A stretch of DNA of 64,000 nucleotides from Rhina ancylostomus (Eukaryota): positions 36,939,321-37,003,320 of the forward strand of contig JARFYF010000053.1 in assembly GCA_030265395.1 (NCBI GenBank), read 5' to 3'. This document shows positions 34,989 through 48,770 of the stretch, in pieces. A program made the position numbers and the translations under genes. Each line of letters starts with the position of its first letter. Position 1 is the stretch's first letter. The notes beneath the pieces were generated by a model. That model had not been told where the DNA came from. It saw only the letters and a list, made by a program, of their open reading frames with translations, and did no database searches.

Positions 34989-35979
34989 TGCTGTACGACG
35001 TCCACAGGGATATTGAATTTGCACCACCATTCAAATGAGGTATATTTTAAGCACTTTCCCATTACTTAATGAGGAGAACTGAATTAAATCCCGGGTGCGA
35101 TGACATTATTTTCGTGTGAGATTGAAATTGAATTAGTCCAAATACGCCATCATTCTGATCAAATTTCGTTATATTTTGCCATATGTCAATGTCGGCATCG
35201 AAAGAAAGGACGGCGTTTATTGTTCACTGCGATTAATTCGTGAACCGAGTGGATTTCTAGACCTTGTTAGACTCAATTAAATAATTATATCGTACATGTT
35301 TCTCTATATCTCCGTTATAAACCTATTGTGCCCCATGATTAACAAACACACTTATGCTAATTTACTGTTTATCCTTGAAAGTCATATTAGGTTAACACTT
35401 TTGATAAATCCTTCCTTCTCTGGATTCGATTCCTCCTGAAGTGCCGTTACCACACTTAGATATAATAATTCAGTGGTGGACCAGCCAATGTTTTATCAAC
35501 TTTCAAATAACTTTCTCGGTTCTGAATACTGGGCCTCGAATTCTGAAGTGCCGGATCCAGTTATGGTTCACTATTTCTTCGTTATTTCCATCATTCGCCA
35601 CTTCCAATGGTTTATGCAAATATACATTTACCCACAGATGTCCTGTTCGTCAAACACACACGACATCCTATTTCTAAAGACGCGTGAGACTGTAACCTTC
35701 AGTATTGACTCTATGCTGCTTTTCTTTTCACTGAATTGCATTGGAAAATACGCTTTAGTTATAAATTTAATCTTCCCGTCTGCCAGAAGCTGATAAGACA
35801 AACGGATGGCAAGAACCAAATGGTCACCAACTCTTTTTTTTAAATGAGCTAACTACAGGGATAGCAAACGCTCTGGTTATCGTCACCCAAACGTCTATGC
35901 ATTCATTTTCCCCTGGATTAGACTGCAGTAAATATGAATCATCAATCCTGAAAAGGAGAGGAAAAAAGATAGGTAGCTT

Positions 35980-38640
35980 TAAGTTGTCGATCTTTTGGCT
36001 TAAGAAATGCAATAAGGAAAAGTGTTGTTACTTTTAATGACGGACATATTAGGAGAGCACAATGAAAATTATGATTGGATTTCTCAGAATTAGCACGGAC
36101 TTCTGAAAGGAAAAGCATGTCAGGCTATATTATTGGAGGGGATTCAAAGAAATAGCTGGTAAGTAGAAGAGATAAAGGGGAAAGTCGGATTGAAATATTT
36201 GTATTTCCCGAAGGCCTTCGGCCAGGTGCCACACAAAGCGTTAGTCGATAAGGACTGGACACGCGGAATTCTGATATTGTAGAAAATAAACTTGTGGTTA
36301 TAAACAGACGTTTCTCAGGTTGACAGTCTATGACCGGTGTACCATTAGGATCGGTGATAGTACCGCATCTGTATTAATGATTAGGCTGAGGGGACCGAAT
36401 GCCAAATTTCCAATTTTGCTAGTTATCTTAGTCTAATGGAGGTGGTGAGGATGTTTCAGGATAGAAATCGGTATCAAAGAATTTTGAACATGCTCAATGA
36501 ATAACTAAGAACATGACAGATGCAATATAATATAGGAAAACATGTGGGCATTCACGTTTGAATAGACAGCAGAACAATAATGTTCTTTATATACTTAGAT
36601 GAATGTTGCTTTACAAGAGGAACTAAGTGTTCCTGCACACACATTGAAAGCCTGAAGACTTGGTGCAGCACGTAACCAGTAAAGTCAATGGTATGTTGAC
36701 AATATTGTAAAAGGATAGGCGGACAACACGAAAGATTACATACTGCATTTATATACAGCCTCGTTGAGAACGCACCTGGGGTATCGCGCACAGATTCGTT
36801 CAGTAAAACACAGAATGGGCCTACCATAGAGACCGTGCTGTGAATATTCCATGGACCTAATTCCAAGATTGTGTGTTTTCCGTGTGAGGAGCGGGTGAAT
36901 AAACTAAGCATGTATTCCTAAATGATTAGATGACATGAGATGATTTCTGGATAAAACTTGCTGAAAAATTAAATGACTCGATGGTCAGGGTGGCGTGGCT
37001 TACGGAGCGAGAACAAAAGATCACAGCCTCAAGAGGGATATTCACATTTTGCACAGAGATGTCAACATTTTTTCAGGGACAGGGTAGTCCTCTCTAGTCC
37101 TCTTGAAATGAATGCCGACCTTGCATTTTCCTTCTTAACTGTCAATTCAACCTGCAAGCTAAACTTTAGGAAATCCTGCACTGGGACTCCCAAGTTCCTT
37201 TGCACCTCCGATTTCTGAATTCTTCATCCATTGATCTTTTATTCTTCATCAAGTTGCATAACCCCATACTGCCCGTAGGTGTATTCCTTCTGCCAATGCT
37301 TTGCCCAATCTGACCAAGTCCTGCAGATTCTGTGCTCTGCGACATTGCCCTTCCGCCAACTATCTTGATATCTTCTGTAAACTTGGCCAAAATACTATCA
37401 TTTCCTTTAGACACATTATTAAAGTTTTAAGTGAAATATCGCATTCCCAACACTGACCGCCGTGGACCTCCACCAGTCACCGGCAGCCATCCTGACGATG
37501 ACCGCTTTGTGCTCACTTTCTGACTTCTTCCAGTCCGCCAAACTTCTAACCCTGCTAGTAGGTTGCCTCTAATACCATGAGGTCTTATCTTGTTTAACAT
37601 CCTCATGCGTGGCACCTTGTTGAAGGCTTCTGAAAATCCAAGTAAATAACATCCACCGACACTCCTTTGTCTAACCTACTTGTTACCTTCTCAAAGAATT
37701 CCAAGAGCTGTGTCAGTTCAGACCTCCCCCGAACGAAACCGTGTTAACTTTGCCCTATTTTATCATATCAGACATTTCTTTCTTAATAATGGGCACTAAA
37801 ATCTTACCAACCACTGAGATCAGGCTAACCGTCCTATAATTCCACGTATTTTGCCTCCTTCCTTTCTTAAACAGGGGTGTCACTTTTCCTATTTTCCGAT
37901 CATCTAGCACCCTCCCTGACTCTAGAGATTTCTGAAAGATCACAAATGATGACTCCGCAATCTTCCCAACTTCCTCTTTCCGGCGAGTAGTCCATTTGCT
38001 CCAGGTGATTTATCCACCTTCAGGCCCTTCAGCTTCTCCAACATCTTCTCCATAGTAATGGCCACTAAACTGACCGCAGCCCAGTGCCTCCTGACTCTCT
38101 TGAGTTTCTATCATGTTACTGGTGTTTTCCATTGTGAACAGTGACGCAAAATACCTATTCAGCCCCTGATATTTCTTTATTACTCATTACTACTTCTCTA
38201 ACGTCATTTCCCAACTGTCCATTGTCTACGTTAACCTTTCCCTGACCTTTAATGTATCAAAAAAACTTCTGGAATCTTATGTTATTAGCTAGTTTACCCT
38301 CGTATTTCATCTTCTTTTCCTTTTTAGCTCTTTTTAGTTGTCCTCTGTGGACTTTTAAAGGCTTCCCAATCCTGTCTTCCCACTATTTTTGCCACGTATT
38401 ATGACTTTACTTCTGCTTTTATGCTGTCCCTAACTCCACTTGTTAATCAGTGTTGCCTCATCCTCCTCTTAGTGTGCTTCTTCTTCGCTGGGATAAAATT
38501 GTGCTGTCAGCCAAATTACTCCCAGGAACTTCTGCCATTGCCAATCCACCATATTCCAAACTTGGGTCTCCTTCCAATCAACGTTAGCCAGCTCCTCCCA
38601 GCAACCTCTAGTAAATTCCTAGTAAATAAACAGTCAACTC
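35980..38640. mobile_element. Degenerate CR1 fragments (plus strand ~35980-36950; minus strand ~37000-38640)
   Basis: Minus strand IFQKSLESGRV.DD.KI..VTPLFKKG..NYR.VSLISVVGKIL and KVP..R.LNKI..HGIRG..L are CR1 RT motifs. Confidence 0.8.
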
Positions 38641-39455
38641 TGGATTATTTGTACTGTAGACATGCTAAACCCTGCCTCAATTAGAAATCTCTGCGGTGAG
38701 TTTTCAGATATGTCTGAAGATCAGGAACTTGATGGACATGTAAACTGCTTAGGCCACAAACGGAATTCTGCACTCTGAAATTCTCCGTACTAACCCAGAC
38801 TCTCTGCATAATGATTGCTGTACCAGATTGAGCTAAATGCAATGCAAGCACGGGTTCACTGGGTAGCTCTCAGGGGAACACATGGGGGGGAGGGCAATAC
38901 CTCACACATACAGACTCCTTGTGTAATTAACAGGACCAGAAACTTTAGTTCATTTCCGNNNNNNNNNNNNNNNNNNNNNNNNNNNNNNNNNNNNNNNNNN
39001 NNNNNNNNNNNNNNNNNNNNNNNNNNNNNNNNNNNNNNNNNNNNNNNNNNNNNNNNNNNNNNNNNNNNNNNNNNNNNNNNNNNNNNNNNNNNNNNNNNNN
39101 NNNNNNNNNNNNNNNNNNNNNNNNNNNNNNNNNNNNNNNNNNNNNNNNNNNNNNNNNNNNNNNNNNNNNNNNNNNNNNNNNNNNNNNNNNNNNNNNNNNN
39201 NNNNNNNNNNNNNNNNNNNNNNNNNNNNNNNNNNNNNNNNNNNNNNNNNNNNNNNNNNNNNNNNNNNNNNNNNNNNNNNNNNNNNNNNNNNNNNNNNNNN
39301 NNNNNNNNNNNNNNNNNNNNNNNNNNNNNNNNNNNNNNNNNNNNNNNNNNNNNNNNNNNNNNNNNNNNNNNNNNNNNNNNNNNNNNNNNNNNNNNNNNNN
39401 NNNNNNNNNNNNNNNNNNNNNNNNNNNNNNNNNNNNNNNNNNNNNNNNNNNNNNT

Positions 39456-40200
39456 TTCCAAAGGAATCACCCACTACCTGTTGGACATGGCAGCTGCGGA
39501 TCTACTTGCCATTGTTCTTGACCTCCTCCTGAGGCAGATTTTAATCAGCTATTGGGAACAGTTTATTTTCTTGCAGGCCATTCTTCTGTGTCATGTCCAC
39601 ACTGCATTCCTTAATGCAGCCACTGACTGTTCGGTCTGGTTCGCCGTCGCTCTTTAGCTTTGATCGATTTGTAGCTGTGTGTTCACAGAGATGTAAATAT
39701 TGTACTGAGGATACAGCCGCAGCGATTCTGGTGACAGGGACTGTGCTGAGCTCTCTGGTTTTGTACCGAAAGAGACGGTATTTTGAATTCACTAATCGGA
39801 GCAACGATAGAGTTCTTTCATTATCTCCTCACCCCGGGGCTCCCATTTGTTTTTCAGTTGTTGCTTAATGCATTAACTGCAAGACATGTAGTGGTGACCA
39901 GCAGACCCAAAACCCCTGAAACTGAGAGCCGAAAGAAATCCATCATTTTATTGCTGCCAATCTCTCGCAATTTCCTCGTGTCATGGGAGCTAGTTATTCT
40001 GTATTCCATATGGAACCGATTGAGATAGTTGCTATATCGCTTTGCGAATCCACCAACATCTCTGTAGGAAATATATTTCATGCTTCAGTTGCTATGCTGC
40101 AGCAGAACCATTGCTCTTTACACTGTTCCCCAAGAGAAATTCCCAGAACAGCTGCAGGATGTGCTGAAGTACCCCTTCAACCTGATTGTAAATTGCACTA
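39456..40200 (+). pseudogene. GPR139-like GPCR pseudogene (exon 2; 5' end lies in the gap)
   Basis: SKGITHYLLDMAAADLL..AATDCSVWFAV / FSFDRFVAVC..KYCTE / EFFHYLLTPGLPF..ESRKKSIILLL / MLQLLCCSRTIALY..KYPF, broken by frameshifts, a stop and deletions. Confidence 0.9.
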
Positions 40201-41969
40201 CGTGGGATAGTTGAGACATCGGCGACGCTCCCTGCCATATTCTTCCCCAACTTGCCACACATGATTTGGCATAATCTTCACAAAGCAGGCTTCTCTGCGA
40301 TGTGAATGGACTCCTTTGAATCCACTACTCTGACCAAATGACTTGTTTTATTCACCTTGTTCAATTGCATTTTGTCACTTTGCATAAATTCTCAACTTTT
40401 ATAAATATCTTGAAACGGTGAACCACACTTAAAATATGTGGAATTGTTGCCGCGACACCTCCGTGATTTATAAATGGCTGGTTGCTGAAAAATAGCTCAG
40501 NNNNNNNNNNNNNNNNNNNNNNNNNNNNNNNNNNNNNNNNNNNNNNNNNNNNNNNNNNNNNNNNNNNNNNNNNNNNNNNNNNNNNNNNNNNNNNNNNNNN
40601 NNNNNNNNNNNNNNNNNNNNNNNNNNNNNNNNNNNNNNNNNNNNNNNNNNNNNNNNNNNNNNNNNNNNNNNNNNNNNNNNNNNNNNNNNNNNNNNNNNNN
40701 NNNNNNNNNNNNNNNNNNNNNNNNNNNNNNNNNNNNNNNNNNNNNNNNNNNNNNNNNNNNNNNNNNNNNNNNNNNNNNNNNNNNNNNNNNNNNNNNNNNN
40801 NNNNNNNNNNNNNNNNNNNNNNNNNNNNNNNNNNNNNNNNNNNNNNNNNNNNNNNNNNNNNNNNNNNNNNNNNNNNNNNNNNNNNNNNNNNNNNNNNNNN
40901 NNNNNNNNNNNNNNNNNNNNNNNNNNNNNNNNNNNNNNNNNNNNNNNNNNNNNNNNNNNNNNNNNNNNNNNNNNNNNNNNNNNNNNNNNNNNNNNNNNNN
41001 NNNNNNNNNNNNNNNNNNNNNNNNNNNNNNNNNNNNNNNNNNNNNNNNNNNNNNNNNNNNNNNNNNNNNNNNNNNNNNNNNNNNNNNNNNNNNNNNNNNN
41101 NNNNNNNNNNNNNNNNNNNNNNNNNNNNNNNNNNNNNNNNNNNNNNNNNNNNNNNNNNNNNNNNNNNNNNNNNNNNNNNNNNNNNNNNNNNNNNNNNNNN
41201 NNNNNNNNNNNNNNNNNNNNNNNNNNNATCGAAGATTCATATGGGAATGTAAATCATGTCATAGCTTAAGTTTATAAAGCAAGCGATATTATCACCGCAA
41301 AACGGTCGAAAAATCCATTTATTCAATAAAGGACACCAGTCGCGAAAACAATACGTGATAATGCCACCGCTGGAAATCTGCAGCACCACATAAAAACACT
41401 GCAAATCCGATCATATGAAGTGTTGTGTTCTGACTTTTGAGGAGATTTTTACTCCACTATAATTCTAGATTTCTGGGCTTTTAGTCAGTTTGCTACAATG
41501 TAATATTTCATTGCCAAATGGCCTTTTGAATGAACACCTAATGGCTAGCAAACCACCCGGTCTACAACTGTGTTATGTTCACATGCAGAATGTATCACCT
41601 GTCACTGATTTATCTACTGAATACAAACACAACAAAGTTATTACCATCACAAACGGTTATGCATAGTCCTCACAAACGTATTGGTTTGCAAAGTACATAG
41701 TGTTTTAGAAATTAAACTTTCATCTGTAAGGTATAACTTTAAGGAAACCATTGTTTCCTTTCATCATTTAAAAATATTTCTATTTTCACATCTATACTGC
41801 TTAGTCGAGTGTACGCACTTTTAAAATTAGATAATCATACCTTTCTTCATTGGAATCCATTAATTTTACAAGCATATGTTCAACATATTTGTAAGACTTA
41901 AACAGAAAACAATAATGACTTGACCGGTGCAAGGGCAATTCAGTACTTCCAATGAGAAAATATATATAT

Positions 41970-42282
41970 TGTAGCGGCTAGCTCCACTGAATAAAGACAC
42001 GAGACACTTGTTTTGAGTCCAAGAGTCGAATGAACGTCGGGGGTGCGCTGCCCCTTTAATAAACACAGTTCCTGCGCTGACNNNNNNNNNNNNNNNNNNN
42101 NNNNNNNNNNNNNNNNNNNNNNNNNNNNNNNNNNNNNNNNNNNNNNNNNNNNNNNNNNNNNNNNNNNNNNNNNNNNNNNNNACCAGCCCAACAAAGAAGG
42201 AGTGCCCCGCGCCATCTTGTGTCGGGGCCTCCGACGACGCTCGCGATCCTGGCAGCCAGTTCGTGAAAGGTAAGTCGCCACA
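41970..42282 (-). mobile_element. Solo LTR (Gypsy-like)
   Basis: Termini TGTAGCG...CGCCACA (imperfect inverted ends), flanked by ATAT on both sides. The interior is GC-rich and contains a gap. Confidence 0.7.
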
Positions 42283-43801
42283 ATATATCTTATTTTATTT
42301 CTTATAGTCAGCGCCACATATAAATTGCATGCAGTGGAATTCGTTGGTAAAGTCTAGAATGTATGAAGAATAAAATAAATGAGTTAGTGAATAATATTTC
42401 AGAACTTGCAGTATATCTGATGGCCTTCGTGTATTAGCAACATGTATGATAATCATATATGAAAGTCTTTCATTTGTTTCCTTTTGCTTGCTTCCTGTAA
42501 TACATGTTTTGATGAAGCGATAAAAGAAACCTCTTCAGGGATTTGCAGATCAATCCATTGAAACAAGCAACCCCTCTGGATTTTCTGTTTACTTACTTTG
42601 TGGTACATATACTCTTCCGACAAAATTTGCCTTGTCGACACTCCTATCAGCCACTATCAAGTGTTTTCAACCTTCCGATGATAGTAAACACCACAGCGCT
42701 TTCCATTTTATCACAAGGAGGTACACCTTGTGTATACTTGTGTTTATTACAGGGTGGTATACCTTGTTGGTCATCTTAGTATGCATGATATTATCAAACA
42801 CATTGATATTTTCAAAGTACATTTATCTAAAGTGATGGTCTCACGAACTCTTCACTTTGCTTTTTTTCGGAAAATGGCGGAGAAGTTCCTGGTACAACTG
42901 CCGGCGGAATGTCGTTGATTAATAAACCTTCATAACAATGCTTCGATTTATTTCACTTTGTAAGTTAGTCTTTCCCTTTACAAAGTAATGCTGCTAAATG
43001 CATCGACAGCCAATCCACCTTTACCAGTCTGCAGTTTGTGAGGATTGTATAATGATAATGCTAACCTGCGTTATCCCCTTCTTTTAGGAATCTGCAATAC
43101 CCTTTCGGAAATACCAACAATGAGCTCTTTTAAGAGTGAAAGAGTAATTAATCAGCGCCATCTATCATGTTCGTGGACTCCGCCAAAATATATATCATTT
43201 ACAATGTTTCCTCCCTCGTAAGTTAATGCCTGTATCAATCCAAACATTTCAAATCATTACCACCAGAGGCAGACAAAACTTTAAAAAGGACCAACGCTTT
43301 TCAATGATAATTGGACCCTTCTGTATTCACTAGGGATGACCCGCTTAAATGGGTATACGCCACAGGAACAAATATAAAGAAGCTACTGTGAATTCACGTA
43401 TGTATAGTATCTGGCCACAGCTGTCATCTGTCTTGCGTGGCGATGAGTTAATTTTCTAGTCATCCTGGAGATTTAGACTCATCGATAGCCAAAGTAGTTT
43501 CCTTGTAAAATTTCTCCTCTGAACATTCTGGTGCCTTTAGAGCCAGGCATCTACACTTTCGGCTTCAGTGTGAGTTGATTTTCTTTTGTACATTTTTATC
43601 ACAGTGGAACACTTTGGTCGGTCAACCGGTGCTGCGCTCACTACTCGAAATATTTGGTGAAGTTTATGAACCTCTCGCCGTTTCATCACTCGTTGCCCCG
43701 GTTCACGGAGGAAGATCAACAAATATGCGTTGAAATTATGTGGCTATGGATCTTCTGTTCCTGTGAGCTCAGGCATTTGTTCCTTTCACGAACGTTTTCT
43801 C

Positions 43802-44339
43802 ATGGTTCTGAGTTCTGGCCCTCAATTTGGCTCCATTAATGCCTTGTTGTCCAGGACATGGATTCCATGCTGGACCGATTGGATAACAATACACACCTGA
43901 GCCCCATCAGGGGCCTAGCAGAAGAACCTGTGTTTCTCTGGCATTAGTTGCCAGAGTATTGGTCTACCTTTAGGTATACTTTGGTTCCATTTGCTTAGAG
44001 TGGGTTTACTCTAGAGCAGTCCTGTGTTCTCTATTCCTTTGTGAAGATCCAGTTCGTGTTGGGATTCCTCTTCTGATCTNNNNNNNNNNNNNNNNNNNNN
44101 NNNNNNNNNNNNNNNNNNNNNNNNNNNNNNNNNNNNNNNNNNNNNNNNNNNNNNNNNNNNNNNNNNNNNNNNNNNNNNNTGAAGATCCAGTTCGTGTTGG
44201 GATTCCTCTTCTGATCTCCGAGGCAAGATTCCTTCCAGTTACTGCCTGCGTTTGTCTTGAGGAAGTATCCTGACTCCAGTCTTCTATTGGTGTGCCGCAT
44301 TCGGGTTCTCTGAGTTTGCTCTTGATCAACATTGTGACA
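43802..44339. repeat. Unclassified interspersed repeat, copy 2
   Basis: Matches 33784-34413. The subunit gaagatccagttcgtgttgggattcctcttctgatct occurs on both sides of the gap. Confidence 0.8.
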
Positions 44340-45829
44340 CATTTAGTCCCTTTTGCCTAGAAAACAGGTTAACTATGAGCTCCCAGTTGTGGATCACAGT
44401 TCTGTGATTAGGAATTACATTTTCAGACATTACATTGTCTGCTCGTTATGTTGTGGTCTTGTACTATCAGGCTGTCCACTGATTTTTTGGTAACTCAGTC
44501 TGTTCACTCGCGTAGGCATGCAATATCTTCAAAGATGACACTTCTGAGTGGATATAAGAAGCTGTCGATGTTAGGTGTTGTTGTCGCGGGCTTATATGTC
44601 TTTTTTTACTAGATTGACGACATCATACCTCTAGAGCTTGCCCACAGGAGAAGTAGTAGATCACGGTTATAGGATTTTGTTGTCCACGATAACTGGCCCC
44701 AGTGATTCGCGACGTGAGTCCAAAGTGAAATGGACATTAGGAACTTGCAAGCTCTCTCGATAGTCCTATAACTGCTGTGTTGAGAATGAAACGTCCAAGT
44801 TCCCGTTCCATCGGATATGATGGAACAAGCTTACTCTTGATCTAATATCACAGTCTCAGGGAATCGAATGTCCTTTAATGCCTTGATTAATTCTGGCCAC
44901 AAAAGTTCTGCTCGTGGTCTCATTTTTTTGTCTCAGAGATGGTATTTAGGAGCAAATAGCCTTTGAAATTCCATGTTTAATACAATCTGTGGTTGACCTG
45001 TTGATATCGAAACCCACAGTTGCCTCATGATGCTGCTGGTTAAGTTCATACTCAGCCAATTTTTTTTGTAACCCACCCCTAGCACAGTCTCTGAGACTGC
45101 AGAAGAATTCATGACATTAAAATATAGTGCAGTCAGTGGTCCCGAACAATGCAATATACTTAAGCAGCTGAATGGCTTTTGGGAATTCCTAATTGGCAAG
45201 TTCCGGTGATGAATATCATCGCCTGAATGGCCTCCACCTGACATGTTATCTCAAGCTCGTGATAGATCTTCAAATTTCCCATTTGACAAATTCTCGTGGA
45301 TGAATAATGACTTTTGATTCAGCATCTCCGAATCAGAGTGGTCCATGTGTCTTTAATAATCTCCATTATTGGGTGAATATCTCTGACCAAGTGCCTGCGT
45401 CTAGATGTTGATACTTCGGGGTGGAGATCTCAATGTACAGTTCCTATTCAACCAGCCCCGGTAATGAATGCCCACTAAATGTTCCAGTCTCTCAGAACAG
45501 GGAGTTTTTCAATGACTTTCAACTAAACTATAATGTTCAACAGAGTAAATAGAGAAAGAGAGAGGGGACTTTAAACGAAAGCGTGGGACGAAGAGAAATG
45601 CAAATGTTAAGGTTCGCAGGGTGACCGGCAGCAAAAAGAGAATACTAAGGAAGAAAAAAAAAGCGAGCACTACCTGAAAGTGATGGCGATAAAATACCTT
45701 AGATGCGTCAGGAAGTGGCGGAGTTCCTGAACGAAAATTTGATCGTGAGACAAAGAGGGCAATGGTGCAGAAACGTTGACTGGTCGAGAAATGTTGAAAG
45801 TACAAAGACAATAAAATGTTGTTTCTGAA

Positions 45830-47930
45830 TAAATGAAGCATTCATAATGAAATTTCCAAAGTCAAGTAGATAAAAGTGAATACGACATAATTGTCATTAC
45901 GGACAAATGGCTGTAAGGCTTGGTGCTGAAGGATCACAAACATTCTACATATAAGAAGATCGAACCACATGGAAAATTAAATAACTGTATTTTATCAGAT
46001 GTAATGAATCATATGCTGTAAAAATATTTAAAGGCAATATTAGATACAAAGGCGAGGCATAAAGATTTGCCAGAGATAAACGCGCCTAATTGTTGGTAGA
46101 GGTTAAGAATTCCGCAACACAAACGGGATTTGGTTACCAGTAGAAAATTAACATATGATAGTATTCTTATATGAAGCAAAAACGCCGAGTATGAAAACTT
46201 TTATCAGTATGGAAAATCTAAAAGAGTAGTGACGACAAATGTAGGTCCATTGTTGCCGAGACTTGATAACGTATAAGAGGAAACAAGGAAATTACAGATC
46301 AATTGAACCAATAATCATCTCTATCTTCACAAAGGAGTACAGTTGTACCTTCCCAGGAAAGAAAGTCACCAATGAAAATTAGTAATCCGGGGAATTAAAG
46401 TGATATAGTAAAAAAGTAACGTCACCAAAATCCCCAGAGTCGGATAATATGTAGAATCAACTGATAAAAGAGATCGCCATGGAAAAAAAACTGTATGCAA
46501 CAATTGTCATATTTGAAAATTCCATTAAATATTCAATAATTCCTGCAGTACGAGGGGAAACCTATCGCCCCACTTCTGTTAATCTGAAGGGAATAGAAAC
46601 AGAGTTCTACTGACAAACAAACAGGACAGACACGGAGACAAAAATAACAAGTTAAAATTTATTTTTTGAAATGGAAATTTTGTTGAAAAAATATACAAAT
46701 GTCTTAGAAGAAGTAACTCGTAGAATAGCTAATGGAGAAACAGTGGATGCAGTGCATTTGGATTTTTAAAAGTTGTTTGATAAAAACCACACAGAAGATT
46801 TTAATATGCAGATCAAAACGCATGAGATTTACGGTAATGCACATGCTCACATCGAAATTTGGTTTTGAAAGCAAACGGAAACTGGATATAAATAGGAATT
46901 TCTCGGGATGATAGTAAATATTAGTGAGGCACAGCCATGATCAAGTTCCACCCCAATTCATCGCAACATGCATTAATGATATAAATAACCGGACAGTATG
47001 TACTATTTTTAAGATTGCTGACGATACAGATCCAGGTGAGATACCAAATTCTAAGGAAATTGATTATGAGGGTTCAAGAGGACTTTATCAGGCCGATAAA
47101 GGAATTATAGATATGGCAACCGCTATACAAAGTGCATGAATATGACCGTATTCATGGCTAAAGGAAAAACAGAAATACAGAGTAATCTGAAAAGTGATAA
47201 TGATTGGGATAAAATAAGGAATTGGGATTTAAAAAGGATCTCAGCCACCTTATACAATAATGTACTGAAAACAAATATTCAGGTGGATTAATAGCTTAAA
47301 AGAAGTCAAGTAGTATTTTTGCCTTTATTGCAAGAGAAATTCCGTAGCGGAACAAAAATATACTCCTGGAAATACAAAGGGCCGTGGTATGACCGCAACT
47401 GGAGTACAGTATGCAGATTTGGTCTCATTACCTAGGTGTGGAAATATGCCATTAAATGAATGCATCCAATGTTTACCAGGGTGATTATTGATACAGCAGG
47501 AATGTCGCAGGACAAGGACACTGATTTGAGAATGTATGTAATAATTACAACCGAATGGATTGGGGAAATATTTAGAATTATGCATAAATCTAATAAATCC
47601 AGACAAAATGGATGACGGAAAAATGTTTTCCCTGAATATGAAGTCTGGAATGAATTGCCAAGTTCTGATGATAAGGGGTAATTCATTTGGAACTGAAATG
47701 AGGAGGAATTCTACATTCCACCGCAGCATAGCGAACCCCTGAAACTTTATGACACAGGAGGCTAATACATCGAAAAGAGTTTTCAACCAGGTAAAGACAT
47801 TTCTAGAAACCAGACGACTCCAATGGCTGCAAGGAGCGGGTAGGAATGTGGCTAGATAGAGGGACAGTCAGAGGCATGTTATATGCCAGAGAAGGCTCGA
47901 GGATCAGAAGCTTTCTCAGGTTCACAACAA
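45830..47930 (+). mobile_element. Old degenerate CR1-type LINE (endonuclease to RT)
   Basis: Remnants of YDIIVITxxW, LEEVT.R...GE.VDAVxLDFxKxFD and KIADDT occur in order. Confidence 0.65.
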
Positions 47931-48703
47931 TGTTTCTGTGTTCTTTGGAGAGTGTACATATAAGTCCGTGTCAAGACGTAGACTTAAAATTTAACTTCCA
48001 TCGATGTTCAGATAGTCGCTGTCAAAGATAGTGAGTCTGGTGTGTTGTTTCCTTTGTGGGGCGGATTCAGATAAAACTTGTATTGTCGGCGCACATTGGA
48101 GGAGACCAATTGGTTTGAGAGACAGATTCTGTTTGTCTCTCTACTTTCTAAGGGATCTCTCTCATCTTCATTGCCTCTGTAGAGATGGAAGTTTGATTCT
48201 ATTTTATAATCATTTCTCCCAACCCTGGTTGAAAATAAAGCTCTTCTGAACTGCCTTGTTGACCAGTGAACAGATTCACTTTCCACAGAGGTCCCAACGT
48301 TAGGTGAACACTTAACTATTTCAAACTCCGTTATTTAATGAGCTTAATGAGTACAAAAGAATGATGTAACCATCGATTTGTTAAGGATGAAGAGAGAACA
48401 TTAATGTGAAGGTAATAAAACTCCGAATACTGAATGAATATTTCATTAAATAATGCGAGCGAATTCGTATAATGTTGGATCTTTCATTTCAGTCTCAGAA
48501 CTGAATATTTTCTATCGCAGCAGGGATTTAATAGGTTGTCGTAATCAGTTTGCTCAACATCTAAAATTAGATCGAGGAAGATGCCGCAACGCCCAGTGGA
48601 GATATTGCAGGCGATAAATTAATCGTTTCAACCTGGCGTTAGGGAGGGGTTCGCTCAGAAACACCATCTTCACTATCAAGGAACACATCTGTTTAGATCG
48701 ATA

Positions 48704-48770
48704 ATGCTTGTTACATTTAACAGTGTCAAGAAATTATACTACTTGATGCTTGCCATCATGGGTATTCCTG
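48704..48770 (+). CDS. GPR139-like GPCR gene B, exon 1
   Basis: The ATG at 48704 gives MLVTFNSVKKLYYLMLAIMGIP, then G|gtaagt (consensus donor). The 67 nt are in frame with exon 2 (G+TA = Val). Confidence 0.85.

Noticed and set aside
38815-41252. Long ORFs in the ORF track here and at 7419-8347
   Set aside because: They are artefacts of translating through N gaps.
45310-45420. Minus-strand HLDAGTW..FGDAES as a mononegavirus L methyltransferase motif
   Set aside because: Too short, interrupted by stops and unsupported by other L motifs. Kept only as part of the unexplained region.
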